A stretch of 64,000 nucleotides of DNA, taken from positions 4,547 through 68,546 of the forward strand of contig CASFBJ010000008.1 in NCBI GenBank assembly GCA_949292875.1, in the 5' to 3' direction. Below the pieces are notes generated by a model. The model made no database searches and was not told where the DNA came from. It was given only the letters and a program-made list of their open reading frames with translations. This DNA is from an uncultured Christensenella sp. (GTDB taxonomy: Bacteria > Bacillota > Clostridia > Christensenellales > UBA1242). Numbering within the stretch: position 1 is the first letter of the stretch; every line of letters starts with the position of its first letter. Below, piece by piece: positions 39,036 through 47,936 of the stretch. The translations under genes were made by a program, and so were the position numbers.

Positions 39036-40361
39036 ATGGGTAACAAGAAAGGGAATAAAGGCAAAAAGAATATAGATAACAAAAAAAATATAGTTGAGGA
39101 AAAAATTGAGCAAAAGGAACTAGAACAATCACAAAACAACTTAGAAAATGTAGATAATATTTCTAAAGAGTTAAATAAAGAAAATGAGAATGTACAACTT
39201 AAAGAAAGCAATAATTTTACTTTAAGTGAGCAGGAAGAAGATATAGTAGAACAAAAAAAGTTTGGTTTCAATAGATTTGATAGTTCTATTAGTTTAATAA
39301 TAGGAGGCATATGTGTTCCATTTGCTTTTTCTATTATCGCATTAATTGTTCTAAGTTTAGTTTCTGTTATTTCTGGAGTAGGAGCAGATAAATTATTAGA
39401 AATACCTATAGTATATACATTAGTTTCTTGTAGCGCACTCATTGGTTATGGTCTTTTTGCACTATATATGTGCAAGAAAAAAAATAAAGATAAAAAGAAT
39501 ATTTTGAAGTTACAAGATGTAGATGTAAAAACTAGAACAATTATTTTTAAAAAAGTTAATTGGAAAATGGTTCTTATTTGCGTAGTGTTGCCACTAATTG
39601 CCTTATTTTTAACAAGTTATTTTGTAAATTTAGTAACTGCTGGTTTGCAAAATATAGGTTATAGTAAGCCTAATGATTTGCCGTTCAAAATAGATAATTT
39701 TTGGAATTTTCTTTTATCCTTAATTTTCTTAAGTTCGTTACCTGCATTTGTGGAAGAGTTGCTTTTTAGAGGTATAATTTTAGGAGGACTTTTAAATTCT
39801 GCAAAAACTCATAAAGCAAGGGTTATAAGCGTATTTGTTTCCGCGCTTCTTTTTGCTCTTTGTCATCAAAGCGCATTGCAATTTGTTTATCCACTTATTA
39901 TGGGTGTAGTATTTGGCTTTATTTATATGTACACAGGAAATATATGGTATAGTATAATTGCTCATTTCACTTCAAATGCGGTAGTTTGTTTAGTAAATTT
40001 TATAAGTGAATTATCTGGTAATGTTTCAACTAGTATAGATGTAACTTGGCTTTATGCAGTTATAGCTATTTTGACTTTAGCTGTCTTTATAACTATTTTG
40101 TATTTTGTATTAAAACTTATTAGAAAAATGTGTAAAAATAGTTCCTCATTTGATTTGGATAATACAAATGTTAACCAACAAAATATAGAAAAATGTTTAG
40201 TTGAAAGTAAAGAAGATTTGATGTATACTCATATAGATGGTGTATATAACTATAGAAAAAGTATGGAAGAGAAAGATAAGCTTGCTATAATTTATGGAGC
40301 CATTACTATAGCTATACTTTTAGGACTACTTATAAATGATTTAATCACATATATAAAATAG
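39036..40361 (+). CDS. CPBP family intramembrane glutamic endopeptidase (CAAX protease-like) with a Lys-rich N-terminal region
   Basis: FVEELLFRGIILGGL, ALLFALCH and IIAHFTSN motifs in a polytopic membrane protein. Confidence 0.75.
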   Translation: MGNKKGNKGKKNIDNKKNIVEEKIEQKELEQSQNNLENVDNISKELNKENENVQLKESNNFTLSEQEEDIVEQKKFGFNRFDSSISLIIGGICVPFAFSIIALIVLSLVSVISGVGADKLLEIPIVYTLVSCSALIGYGLFALYMCKKKNKDKKNILKLQDVDVKTRTIIFKKVNWKMVLICVVLPLIALFLTSYFVNLVTAGLQNIGYSKPNDLPFKIDNFWNFLLSLIFLSSLPAFVEELLFRGIILGGLLNSAKTHKARVISVFVSALLFALCHQSALQFVYPLIMGVVFGFIYMYTGNIWYSIIAHFTSNAVVCLVNFISELSGNVSTSIDVTWLYAVIAILTLAVFITILYFVLKLIRKMCKNSSSFDLDNTNVNQQNIEKCLVESKEDLMYTHIDGVYNYRKSMEEKDKLAIIYGAITIAILLGLLINDLITYIK

Positions 40362-40370
40362 GTACAGTAT

Positions 40371-41312
40371 ATGAGAGAAAAAAATATAGATAGTAATTAT
40401 GAAGTTTTTACAATAACAGATAATGAAGTAGGTAAAAGATTAGATGTAGTTTTATCAGATGTTTTTAGTGAACATTCAAGAAGCTACATAAAGAAGCTTA
40501 TTGATGAAAATTTTGTATTTGTAAATGAAAAATGTCAAAAAGCAGGTTATAAAGTAAAGTATGGTGATATAGTATATATAGAGTTCCCTGTAGAAGAAAC
40601 TTATAGTTTGGAGGCACAAAATATTCCTTTAGATATTGTTTATCAAGATGAAGATATTGCAGTAATAAATAAAGCAAAAGGAATGGTAGTTCATCCTGCT
40701 GTTGGTAACACGGAGGGAACTTTAGTAAACGCAATTCTGTATCATATAAAAGATTTAAGCGGAATAAATGGTGAACTCCGTCCAGGAATAGTGCATAGGA
40801 TAGATAAGGATACTACAGGACTTTTAGTTATAGCAAAAAATGATATGGCTCATAGGTCATTAAGTGAGCAAATAAAAAATAAAACTTGCAAAAGAATATA
40901 TAAAGCTTTGGTCCACGGTGCGCCACCTAATAGTGAGGGTAGAGTAGTTACTTATATAGGTAGAAACCCGAAAGATAGAAAGAAAATGGCAGTTGTAGAA
41001 GAAAATGAAGGTAGACTTGCTGTGACTAATTATAAGGTTTTAAAAAAATATGCACATTTTAGTTTAGTTGAATTTTCTTTAGAAACAGGAAGAACTCATC
41101 AAATAAGAGTGCATTGTAAATATTTAAACATTCCTATTGTAGGTGATTTTACATATGGAGCACCAAAAAATAAGTTTGGAATAGAGGGTCAACTTCTTCA
41201 TGCTTGTAAACTTATTTTACAGCATCCACGCACAAATGAAATAATGACTTTTGAAGCGAAGTTGCCTAACTTTTTTCAAGATGTTATAGATAAATTAGAG
41301 AAAACAAATTAA
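40371..41312 (+). CDS. rluD: 23S rRNA pseudouridine synthase, RluA/RluD family
   Basis: S4 domain N-terminus, catalytic HRIDKDTTGLLVIAKN, GRTHQIRVH. Confidence 0.9.
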   Translation: MREKNIDSNYEVFTITDNEVGKRLDVVLSDVFSEHSRSYIKKLIDENFVFVNEKCQKAGYKVKYGDIVYIEFPVEETYSLEAQNIPLDIVYQDEDIAVINKAKGMVVHPAVGNTEGTLVNAILYHIKDLSGINGELRPGIVHRIDKDTTGLLVIAKNDMAHRSLSEQIKNKTCKRIYKALVHGAPPNSEGRVVTYIGRNPKDRKKMAVVEENEGRLAVTNYKVLKKYAHFSLVEFSLETGRTHQIRVHCKYLNIPIVGDFTYGAPKNKFGIEGQLLHACKLILQHPRTNEIMTFEAKLPNFFQDVIDKLEKTN

Positions 41313-41376
41313 AATATTCTTGCTTTTATTAAAGACTTGTGGTATACTACAATATATTTGTTAAGGAGATGATTAA

Positions 41377-41655
41377 ATGTCAGGTCAAGGTGGAAAAGAT
41401 TGGAGAGTAATAATCAATGCTCTTGCTTTTGTTTCAGTTATGCTTATAGGTATTGCACTAATTTTAGTTAAGATTTTTGGTGGCGGTCAAGTTTCAACCG
41501 TTATTGCAAATGTTGCAAATGCTTTAGCTTACATTATTACAGCTATATCAGGTTTTTTCTTTGTAAAAAACAAAAAGCAAGTTTGGATATGGGTAGCTTA
41601 TCTAGTTGGTGTAGTGATGATTATAATAGGCTTTATACTAACATTATTTAGTTAA
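41377..41655 (+). CDS. Small 3-TM membrane protein, hypothetical
   Basis: RBS aaggag; three hydrophobic segments; own promoter-like TGgTATACT and own terminator. Confidence 0.5.
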   Translation: MSGQGGKDWRVIINALAFVSVMLIGIALILVKIFGGGQVSTVIANVANALAYIITAISGFFFVKNKKQVWIWVAYLVGVVMIIIGFILTLFS

Positions 41656-41659
41656 TTTT

Positions 41660-41694
41660 AACCACCGATTAAAACATTCGGTGGTTTTTGTTTT
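41660..41694 (+). terminator. Intrinsic terminator
   Basis: accaccga-(9 nt)-tcggtggt hairpin plus a T-run. Confidence 0.75.
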
Positions 41695-41703
41695 AGGAGT
41701 GGT

Positions 41704-42084
41704 ATGAAATTTTTTAATAAATATATTTTTTATTTTATAGGTGTTCCTTTCGTCTTATCAATAATATTTTATTTGATAGCATTAAAACTAAGTAATGCTG
41801 TATTTTTAATTTTATATTTGGTAATGATAACTATAGGATTGGTTTTTTTTTCCTATTATTCTTGGAGAGAAGTTTTAGACATCTATAAAACATATATCTA
41901 TATACCAAAACTTGAAAAAATGGAAATAAAAATGCAAATTAAACAAGACCCTGTTTTTGCAAGTGAATATAAAGAAAATAAAAAATTAAAAAAGCAGTTT
42001 TATCAAAAAAGATTAATTAATCATGTTTTTTTTGGTATTTTTTCTATTGCGTTAATTGTGTTGATATTTATTAATTTTATTTAA
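41704..42084 (+). CDS. Hypothetical membrane protein (126 aa); last ORF with host-like composition
   Basis: Three hydrophobic segments. RBS aggag. TTA/ATA-rich codon usage like the chromosome. Confidence 0.45.
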   Translation: MKFFNKYIFYFIGVPFVLSIIFYLIALKLSNAVFLILYLVMITIGLVFFSYYSWREVLDIYKTYIYIPKLEKMEIKMQIKQDPVFASEYKENKKLKKQFYQKRLINHVFFGIFSIALIVLIFINFI

Positions 42085-42120
42085 TGGTAACTAAATGAAC
42101 AAATTTTTTGATATATTACA

Positions 42121-42156
42121 ATCTCATTGTCAGGATAAGACAGTGAGATTTTTTTT
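42121..42156 (+). terminator. Intrinsic terminator A at the chromosome/phage junction
   Basis: atctcattgtc-(7 nt)-gacagtgagat hairpin (one G-U pair) plus a T7 run. Confidence 0.75.
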
Positions 42157-42157
42157 C

Positions 42158-42190
42158 AGGTTCGTCTTAACTGGCGAACCTATTTTTTTT
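42158..42190 (+). terminator. Intrinsic terminator B at the junction
   Basis: aggttcg-(10 nt)-cgaacct hairpin followed by a-T8. It sits directly before the RBS of the first phage ORF. Confidence 0.7.
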
Positions 42191-42209
42191 GATTAAAGGA
42201 GGGAAGAAA

Positions 42210-42365
42210 ATGCTTACAAAAAAGAAACCAAGCATCTGTTCACAAATTGAACCTGAATTGAAAGCATTGGTTGTGGACTATGCAAAAAAAGAGTTCGGCG
42301 GAAATGAGAGTCTTGCGGTAAGAAAAATCATTGAAAAGTTTTTTGAAGCAAACAAAAAACAATAA
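42210..42365 (+). CDS. Small ribbon-helix-helix (CopG/Arc-like) DNA-binding protein, 51 aa (not in the ORF track)
   Basis: My translation: MLTKKKPSICSQIEPELKALVVDYAKKEFGGNESLAVRKIIEKFFEANKKQ. Beta-strand/helix/helix pattern. Strong RBS aaggaggg. Confidence 0.5.
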   Translation: MLTKKKPSICSQIEPELKALVVDYAKKEFGGNESLAVRKIIEKFFEANKKQ

Positions 42366-42406
42366 AACAAAAGCAATTAAAAAATGTATTTTAATGGAGG
42401 TATCAA

Positions 42407-42574
42407 ATGAAAAAATACAAAATTAACTTTTATTCAAAACTTCTAAACAAAAGAATAACAAAGGTTGTGGAAGATCCAAAAAATTATACCGATGCAATTA
42501 TTCTTGAAGTGATTGAAGAACCAAGAAGCATTTATCACAGACAATTAAGAATTGTTTTGGAGGTGAATGTATGA
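42407..42574 (+). CDS. Hypothetical 55-aa protein (not in the ORF track)
   Basis: RBS ggagg 6 nt upstream. The stop overlaps the next start (ATGA). Translation begins MKKYKINFYSKLLNKRITKVVEDPKNY... Confidence 0.35.
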   Translation: MKKYKINFYSKLLNKRITKVVEDPKNYTDAIILEVIEEPRSIYHRQLRIVLEVNV

Positions 42575-43455
42575 AAATAACAAACAACTTAAAATTGCCA
42601 CAACCATTTGTTGATGCGGTTGACAAAGATTATCAATATAAAGACAAAAGGTATTCAGTTACAACACTGTTAAAACCAGTCAGGGAAATCATGTTGTTAA
42701 GAAGACACAATGATGAAATTGAATGTGATGTCAGTGATATGATTTGGGCAATTTTTGGAACAGCGGTGCATTCTGTGTTGGAAAATTCAACAGAAGGAAA
42801 ACACCTATTAAAAGAAAAATCACTTGAAATCAAAATCGGTGATTATACATTGTCAGGAAGAAGTGATTTATATAATGTGCATTCATTTACAGTTATTGAT
42901 TACAAAGTAACATCAGTTTGGAAATACATATTGAAAGAATTTGATGATTATAAAAAACAGGGTGCAATGTATGTTTATATGTTGCAAAAGTTGGGTTACA
43001 AAGCAAAAAAAGCAGAGTTTATTTTGGTTTTGAAAGATTGGCAAAAATCAAAAGCAAAGTTTGATAAAAATTATCCACAACTTCCTGTTCAAAAAGTTCA
43101 GTTCACTTTTACAGACAAAGACATGGAAGAAATTGAAAAATTTATCTTTGATAAGTTTGAACAAATAAAAGAAGCGGAACAACTTGAAGATGCAAAATTG
43201 CCATTATGTTCAGCAGAAGACAGATGGAACAGTGGTGATAAGTTTGCAGTTATGAAAAATGGAAGAAAGACCGCTTTGAGAGTGTTAGACAGTAAAGAAG
43301 AAGCAGAACAATACAAAAGCAACAATGGTGGTGATTACATTGAAACCAGGAAGGGTGAAGATAGAAAATGCCAGGATTATTGTCAATGTTGTGAGTTCTG
43401 TGAACATTACAAAAAATGTGTGAAAGATGGTGGTTCACAACCACTGCCATTTTAG
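42571..43455 (+). CDS. PD-(D/E)XK (RecB/Cas4-like) exonuclease with a C-terminal Cys cluster
   Basis: GRSDLY...VIDYKV (D...D-x-K core) and CQDYCQCCEFCEHYKKC. Positioned directly upstream of an annealase. Confidence 0.68.
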   Translation: MKITNNLKLPQPFVDAVDKDYQYKDKRYSVTTLLKPVREIMLLRRHNDEIECDVSDMIWAIFGTAVHSVLENSTEGKHLLKEKSLEIKIGDYTLSGRSDLYNVHSFTVIDYKVTSVWKYILKEFDDYKKQGAMYVYMLQKLGYKAKKAEFILVLKDWQKSKAKFDKNYPQLPVQKVQFTFTDKDMEEIEKFIFDKFEQIKEAEQLEDAKLPLCSAEDRWNSGDKFAVMKNGRKTALRVLDSKEEAEQYKSNNGGDYIETRKGEDRKCQDYCQCCEFCEHYKKCVKDGGSQPLPF

Positions 43456-43473
43456 AAAGGAGGTATCAATAAA

Positions 43474-44271
43474 ATGGAACAAAAAGAAATACGACTTTTA
43501 ACAAAAGATGACATTGAAGTTAAAGTTAAAAAAGTTTTAGATGGCAAAGCATTATTACTATTATACAAAACTGCAAGGATTGACATGGCAATACTTGATG
43601 AAGTGTTTGGTGTGTTCAACTGGTGCAATGAATACAAAGAAATCAAAGGCAACATGTATTGTGGTGTCGGTGTAAGAGAAAGTGCAGACAAAGATTTCAT
43701 TTGGAAATGGGATTGTGGCATTGAAAGCAGGGAAGATGAAGAAGGAAACCAAAAGAAAGGTGAAGCAAGTGATGCATTCAAAAGAGCATGTTTCAAAGTT
43801 GGTATTGGTAGAGAACTTTACACTGCACCTGTTATTTACATAAAAGCAGAAACAGTTGCTGATGGTAAAAAACACAAATTAAAAGACAGTTTTGCAAAAT
43901 ATACAGTCAAAGAAATTCAATACAATGAAAACAGAGAAATCACAAAATTGATTATTGTTGACAGAAAGGGTGTGCAAGTATTTCCAGTAAATAAAGTTGA
44001 AAACACACCTGCACCAAAAGAAGAAAAAAAGCAACCTGCAATCACTGGTGAGAAATTAAAAGAAAGACAACAAAGATTACAGGAAGCATTGGCAAATAGT
44101 GAAATAACACTTGAAAATGCTAAAAAATGGGCAAAAATTAAGTCAAAACAAGACATTGAACCTGAACAATTAAGTGATGATTTATTTGAAGCACTTATTC
44201 AGTCAATAACCAAACCTGAATATCAAAAGAAAAAAGAAGAAACACCACCTGATGAAGATGACATATTTTAA
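43474..44271 (+). CDS. Rad52/Sak-type single-strand annealing protein
   Basis: KGEASDAFKRACFKVGIGRELY motif typical of Rad52/22 (Sak) family phage SSAPs. Lys/Glu-rich C-terminal half ending in DEDDIF. Confidence 0.7.
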   Translation: MEQKEIRLLTKDDIEVKVKKVLDGKALLLLYKTARIDMAILDEVFGVFNWCNEYKEIKGNMYCGVGVRESADKDFIWKWDCGIESREDEEGNQKKGEASDAFKRACFKVGIGRELYTAPVIYIKAETVADGKKHKLKDSFAKYTVKEIQYNENREITKLIIVDRKGVQVFPVNKVENTPAPKEEKKQPAITGEKLKERQQRLQEALANSEITLENAKKWAKIKSKQDIEPEQLSDDLFEALIQSITKPEYQKKKEETPPDEDDIF

Positions 44272-44285
44272 GGGGTAGGTGAAAG

Positions 44286-44855
44286 ATGATTGGCAAGATT
44301 AAAGTGGGAAATCCACAATTAAAAGTAGATTATAACAACAACTATGAGATTTCTTTTCCAGTGAATAATCAATCAAAATATGCGGTTAAGCAAATTATGA
44401 ATGACCTGCAAAAGAATGAAAAAGAACTTTCAATTACTATTGATTATCAAAAAAGACACAGAACATTAGACCAAAATGCATTGATGTGGGCATTGCTTAC
44501 AGAATTTGCATATCACCAAAATGGCGGAAGAAGGGGTGGAATTACAGAAGAAGAATTGTATATCCAAATGCTTCACAAATATGGACAGGTTAAGTTCTTG
44601 TTGATAAAGGAAGAAGCAGTTGAAAGTTTGAAAAATGATTACAAAGACATTGTGGTTATCAATAAAGGTTTGAAATATCAGGGTTCTTTGTATGCAGAAG
44701 TCAAATGCATCATTGGTTCATCAAATGAAGTTTATGACACAAAAAGAATGGCAGAACTTATTGATGGAATTTTAGATGAAATGGCAAAAGCAGGAATTGA
44801 AACTGCAAATAAAAGAGATTTGGAAGAACAGTGGAGGAATTATGGAAGAAAATGA
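44286..44855 (+). CDS. NinB/Orf-like recombination mediator or HNHc_6-type protein (uncertain)
   Basis: RHRTLDQNALMWALL motif resembles the DQNA-containing NinB/HNHc_6 families. The position is between the SSAP and RusA. Confidence 0.4.
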   Translation: MIGKIKVGNPQLKVDYNNNYEISFPVNNQSKYAVKQIMNDLQKNEKELSITIDYQKRHRTLDQNALMWALLTEFAYHQNGGRRGGITEEELYIQMLHKYGQVKFLLIKEEAVESLKNDYKDIVVINKGLKYQGSLYAEVKCIIGSSNEVYDTKRMAELIDGILDEMAKAGIETANKRDLEEQWRNYGRK

Positions 44856-45270
44856 TGTTGTTATTGTATATGGTGAACCAAAAGGAAAAGCAAGACCAAG
44901 AACAGTAACAATCAATGGTTTTGTTCAAACCTTCACACCAAAACCAACAAGAGATTATGAAGCGGAAGTCAGGAAGGCATACAGGAAGCAAAATGGCAAA
45001 AAATGGAGCAAAGAATTTCCATTGAAATTGATTGTTTCTGCTTACTGTAAAATTCCAAAAAGTTTCACCAAATTAAAAAAGCAACAGGCAATAGATGGTG
45101 CAAAAAGACCTATCAAAAAACCTGATTTAGACAATATCATAAAAATCATTTTAGATGCTTTGAATGGTGTTGCTTATGAAGATGATTGCCAGGTTGTTGA
45201 AATCAAATCAAAGAAATTTTATAGCGAAGTTGAAAGAGTTGAAATCAAACTGGAGGAAGTGAAATGGTAA
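44842..45270 (+). CDS. rusA: RusA family Holliday junction resolvase
   Basis: GEPKGKARPR...TPKPTRDYE...KIPKSFTK...KKPDLDNIIKIILDALNGVAYEDDCQV. The start at 44842 follows RBS ggagga. Confidence 0.82.
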   Translation: MEENDVVIVYGEPKGKARPRTVTINGFVQTFTPKPTRDYEAEVRKAYRKQNGKKWSKEFPLKLIVSAYCKIPKSFTKLKKQQAIDGAKRPIKKPDLDNIIKIILDALNGVAYEDDCQVVEIKSKKFYSEVERVEIKLEEVKW

Positions 45271-45521
45271 AGATTTACATGGAATTAACCGCAAGAAAAA
45301 GCGGTTTAACACAAATTGGTTTTTACAAACCTGGTAACAGTTACATTCCAAATAGTTCAGTCATTCAAATTCCTTTCACTTTGACAGACAAAGAACTTGC
45401 ACCAAGTTTTGATTATGGAAAAGCACTTAAACTTGCAAATCAAACACTTCAATCACTAAACATGGGTTATTACAGAACAATAACAGTTGACTTTGTGGAG
45501 GTGCAGAATGAAAAAGTATAA
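45264..45521 (+). CDS. Hypothetical phage protein
   Basis: Overlaps the rusA stop (ATGGTAA). No family recognised. Confidence 0.4.
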   Translation: MVKIYMELTARKSGLTQIGFYKPGNSYIPNSSVIQIPFTLTDKELAPSFDYGKALKLANQTLQSLNMGYYRTITVDFVEVQNEKV

Positions 45522-45858
45522 CACAGTTAAAAGTCAGGATCTAACAGAAACAACAAGAAACAGGTTGAACAAAGTTTATTCAATGTTAAAAACATCAACA
45601 ACCAAAGAAGAAATTGTGATGAATTTAGACATCAATGAAAGGGTTGCAAGAGATTTAATATCTTACATAAAAAAGAAATTTCCAGTCATTTCAAACAGTC
45701 AAAATAAAGGTTACAGATTGGCTCTTTCAGTTGATGATTTGGAAGATGCAAAACAAACTATTGCAGAAGCAAGAAGCAGAATAAATGACTTGCAAGAAGG
45801 CATCAAACCACTTGAAGATTTTGTTGACAGAATAGGGGTGGTTTATGAAGAAAAATAG
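45508..45858 (+). CDS. Putative winged-helix DNA-binding protein
   Basis: TKEEIVMNLDINERVARDLISYIKKKFPVISNSQNKGYRLA resembles an HTH_11/WYL-type winged-helix N-domain. The start at 45508 follows RBS ggaggtg. Confidence 0.4.
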   Translation: MKKYNTVKSQDLTETTRNRLNKVYSMLKTSTTKEEIVMNLDINERVARDLISYIKKKFPVISNSQNKGYRLALSVDDLEDAKQTIAEARSRINDLQEGIKPLEDFVDRIGVVYEEK

Positions 45859-46555
45859 TTTTGTGGTGTATAGCGAATATTTAAGATATTTTGATAAATT
45901 GTCATTGATTGAAAAAGGAAAATTGATTGATGCAATGTTAAGATTTTCACAAGATTTGCCTGTTGAAGAACAAATCAAAGACATGGAAGCATCAACAGAA
46001 ATGGCATTTATGTTCATCAGCAATCAAATGAGTTTAGATGCACAAAAGTATGACCGCAGGTGCGAAACTTCAAGACAAAATGGTTCAAAAGGTGGTGCTC
46101 CAAAAGGGAATAAAAATGCAAAAAAACTTGATGAAAATGATGAAGAAAAACAACCTAAACAACCTAAAAACAACCTAAAAACAACCAAAAACAAGCCTAA
46201 TGATAATGAAAATGATAATGATAATGATTTTCAAAAAGAAAATAAAAAAAGAAAAAGCATCATCTTGGCAGATGATGACATTGAAGGTTTGATTGGTGAA
46301 AATTTTAGAGATGAAGAAGTTGCAAATAAGTTTAGAGAATTTATCCAAATGCGAAAAGCAAAAGGTGTTTCAAAGGCAGTAAGAACAAAAGCAACTTTTG
46401 ATGGGTTGGTTAGAGATTTAAGGAAGTTTGCAGGTAAAAGCAAAAAGAAAGCACTTGCAATTCTTGATAAAGGAATAAACAACTGTTGGCAGGGTTTATT
46501 TGATATTCCTGACTTTGTAGAAGATGAAGAGGAGGGTGTTCCTTATGCAAACTGA
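45845..46555 (+). CDS. Replisome-organizer-like protein (DnaD-like C-terminal region) containing internal iterons
   Basis: Position immediately upstream of DnaB. C-terminal FREFIQMRKAKG...ALAILDKGINNCWQGLF. Direct repeats lie in the middle of the gene. Confidence 0.5.
   Translation: MKKNSFVVYSEYLRYFDKLSLIEKGKLIDAMLRFSQDLPVEEQIKDMEASTEMAFMFISNQMSLDAQKYDRRCETSRQNGSKGGAPKGNKNAKKLDENDEEKQPKQPKNNLKTTKNKPNDNENDNDNDFQKENKKRKSIILADDDIEGLIGENFRDEEVANKFREFIQMRKAKGVSKAVRTKATFDGLVRDLRKFAGKSKKKALAILDKGINNCWQGLFDIPDFVEDEEEGVPYAN
46151..46200 (+). repeat. Iteron cluster: CAACCTAAA x3 perfect plus 2 degenerate copies at 9-11 bp spacing; candidate phage origin
   Basis: caacctaaa at 46151, 46160 and 46171; caaccaaaa at 46182; caagcctaa at 46192. 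Followed by a (GATAAT/GAAAAT)n AT-rich stretch at 46201-46227. Confidence 0.55.
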
Positions 46556-47936
46556 CAAGAAGTTTTACAATGCACAAGCAGAAAAAGAGATGTTGGCATG
46601 TGTGTTGGTTGACAATGTTGCGAATCCATTTGTTACAGAAGACATAATGGCAAAAGTTAAAGTTGATGACTTCTTCTGCAATGAATACAAAATTGTTTAC
46701 ACATTGATGCAAAAGTTATTCAGGGCAGGCAAAGAAATCAACATTGTTACATTGTGGGAACTTCTTGACAGACAATCACCGCCACCTTTGAAAATGGAAG
46801 AACTTGTTGCACTTGCAGATAAAATTTTGCCAAACAATTCAAATTATCAAACAACTATTGATATTTTGAAAGAGAATACCAGGTTGAGAAAATTGAAAAA
46901 TCTTGCAACACAGTTTGATGAAAAGTTAAACACCAAAGACTCTTCATTGAACATCATGAAATCAATTCAGGGTGAACTTGTAGAACTTGAAGAAAGTGAA
47001 ATTGTAAACTTTGACATTGAACATGCTGATGTCAGTTCCAAGAAGGAACTTGAAAGAATAGACCAAATAATTATGGGAAAACATGATGACTTTGGTTTGC
47101 CAACAGGTTTTCCAGTATTGGACAAAACATTGTGGGGTTTACAGAAAAGTGATTTGATTATTCTTGGTGCAAGAGCAGGTGTCGGTAAAACTGCATTTGC
47201 ATTGAATGTGTTAAACCACTGTGCAAACGAATTGAAAAAGAACTGTTTGTTTTTCAGTTTGGAAATGCCAAAAAATCAAATCATTCAAAGGTTGTATTCG
47301 CTTATTGGTGGGGTTGATAACTATGACATCAAAAAAGCAACACCGCTTGGACAACAACCTGAATTATTGAAAAAGATTGCATCAAAAATTGAAAATGGAA
47401 GTTTGTATATTGATGACACATCAAAAAACACAGTTGCATCAATGTCAATTAAGGCAAAAAGATTTCAGCGAAAAAATGGTTTAGATTTGGTTGTGATTGA
47501 TTACTTGCAATTCATCACACCAAGTCAAAGGACAGGCAACCGCTTCCAAGATGTAGGTGATATTGCAAGAGATTTGAAAGTCATGGCAAGACAGTTGAAT
47601 GTTCCAGTTATTGCACTATGTCAGTTGAATAGACAGTTGGACAATGAGAAAAGAACACCAACACTTGCAGATTTGAGAGAATCAGGCGAAATTGAAAACA
47701 ATGCAGATATAATCATGTTTTTGCATTCAACAGATAGCAAATACAACGAAAAGCGAAACATTGATTTAATTATTGGCAAGTTTAGAAGCGGACAGATGCG
47801 AGCAGTGAAAATGGAATATGAAGGCAAGTGTTTCAGGTTTAAGGAACTGGAAAAAGAACCAGTGAAGAAACCAACAACCAAACAAACTTCAATGGAATTA
47901 ACACCTATTGAAGATGATGGAAGTTTGCCATTTTAG
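46545..47936 (+). CDS. dnaB: Replicative DNA helicase (DnaB family) with an SSB-like C-terminal tip
   Basis: GFPVLDKTLWGLQKSDLIILGARAGVGKTAF (Walker A), FSLEMP, VIDYLQF, ALCQLNR. Ends ...ELTPIEDDGSLPF. Confidence 0.9.
   Translation: MQTDKKFYNAQAEKEMLACVLVDNVANPFVTEDIMAKVKVDDFFCNEYKIVYTLMQKLFRAGKEINIVTLWELLDRQSPPPLKMEELVALADKILPNNSNYQTTIDILKENTRLRKLKNLATQFDEKLNTKDSSLNIMKSIQGELVELEESEIVNFDIEHADVSSKKELERIDQIIMGKHDDFGLPTGFPVLDKTLWGLQKSDLIILGARAGVGKTAFALNVLNHCANELKKNCLFFSLEMPKNQIIQRLYSLIGGVDNYDIKKATPLGQQPELLKKIASKIENGSLYIDDTSKNTVASMSIKAKRFQRKNGLDLVVIDYLQFITPSQRTGNRFQDVGDIARDLKVMARQLNVPVIALCQLNRQLDNEKRTPTLADLRESGEIENNADIIMFLHSTDSKYNEKRNIDLIIGKFRSGQMRAVKMEYEGKCFRFKELEKEPVKKPTTKQTSMELTPIEDDGSLPF

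Noticed and set aside
38849-39442. 197-aa minus-strand ORF
   Set aside because: It is an antisense shadow of the Lys-rich 5' end of the CPBP gene and overlaps the glmS start. The translation is low-complexity Ser/Leu/Phe sequence with no RBS. The same reasoning applies to 24921-25238 (antisense of the S9 extension), 30200-30475, 48790-49377, 43452-43875, 61004-61717 and the other short overlapping ORFs in the track.
42085-42130. tRNA or tRNA fragment as the phage attachment site at the junction
   Set aside because: No cloverleaf-compatible sequence or GTTCxAxxC T-loop motif is visible. Only terminator hairpins are present.
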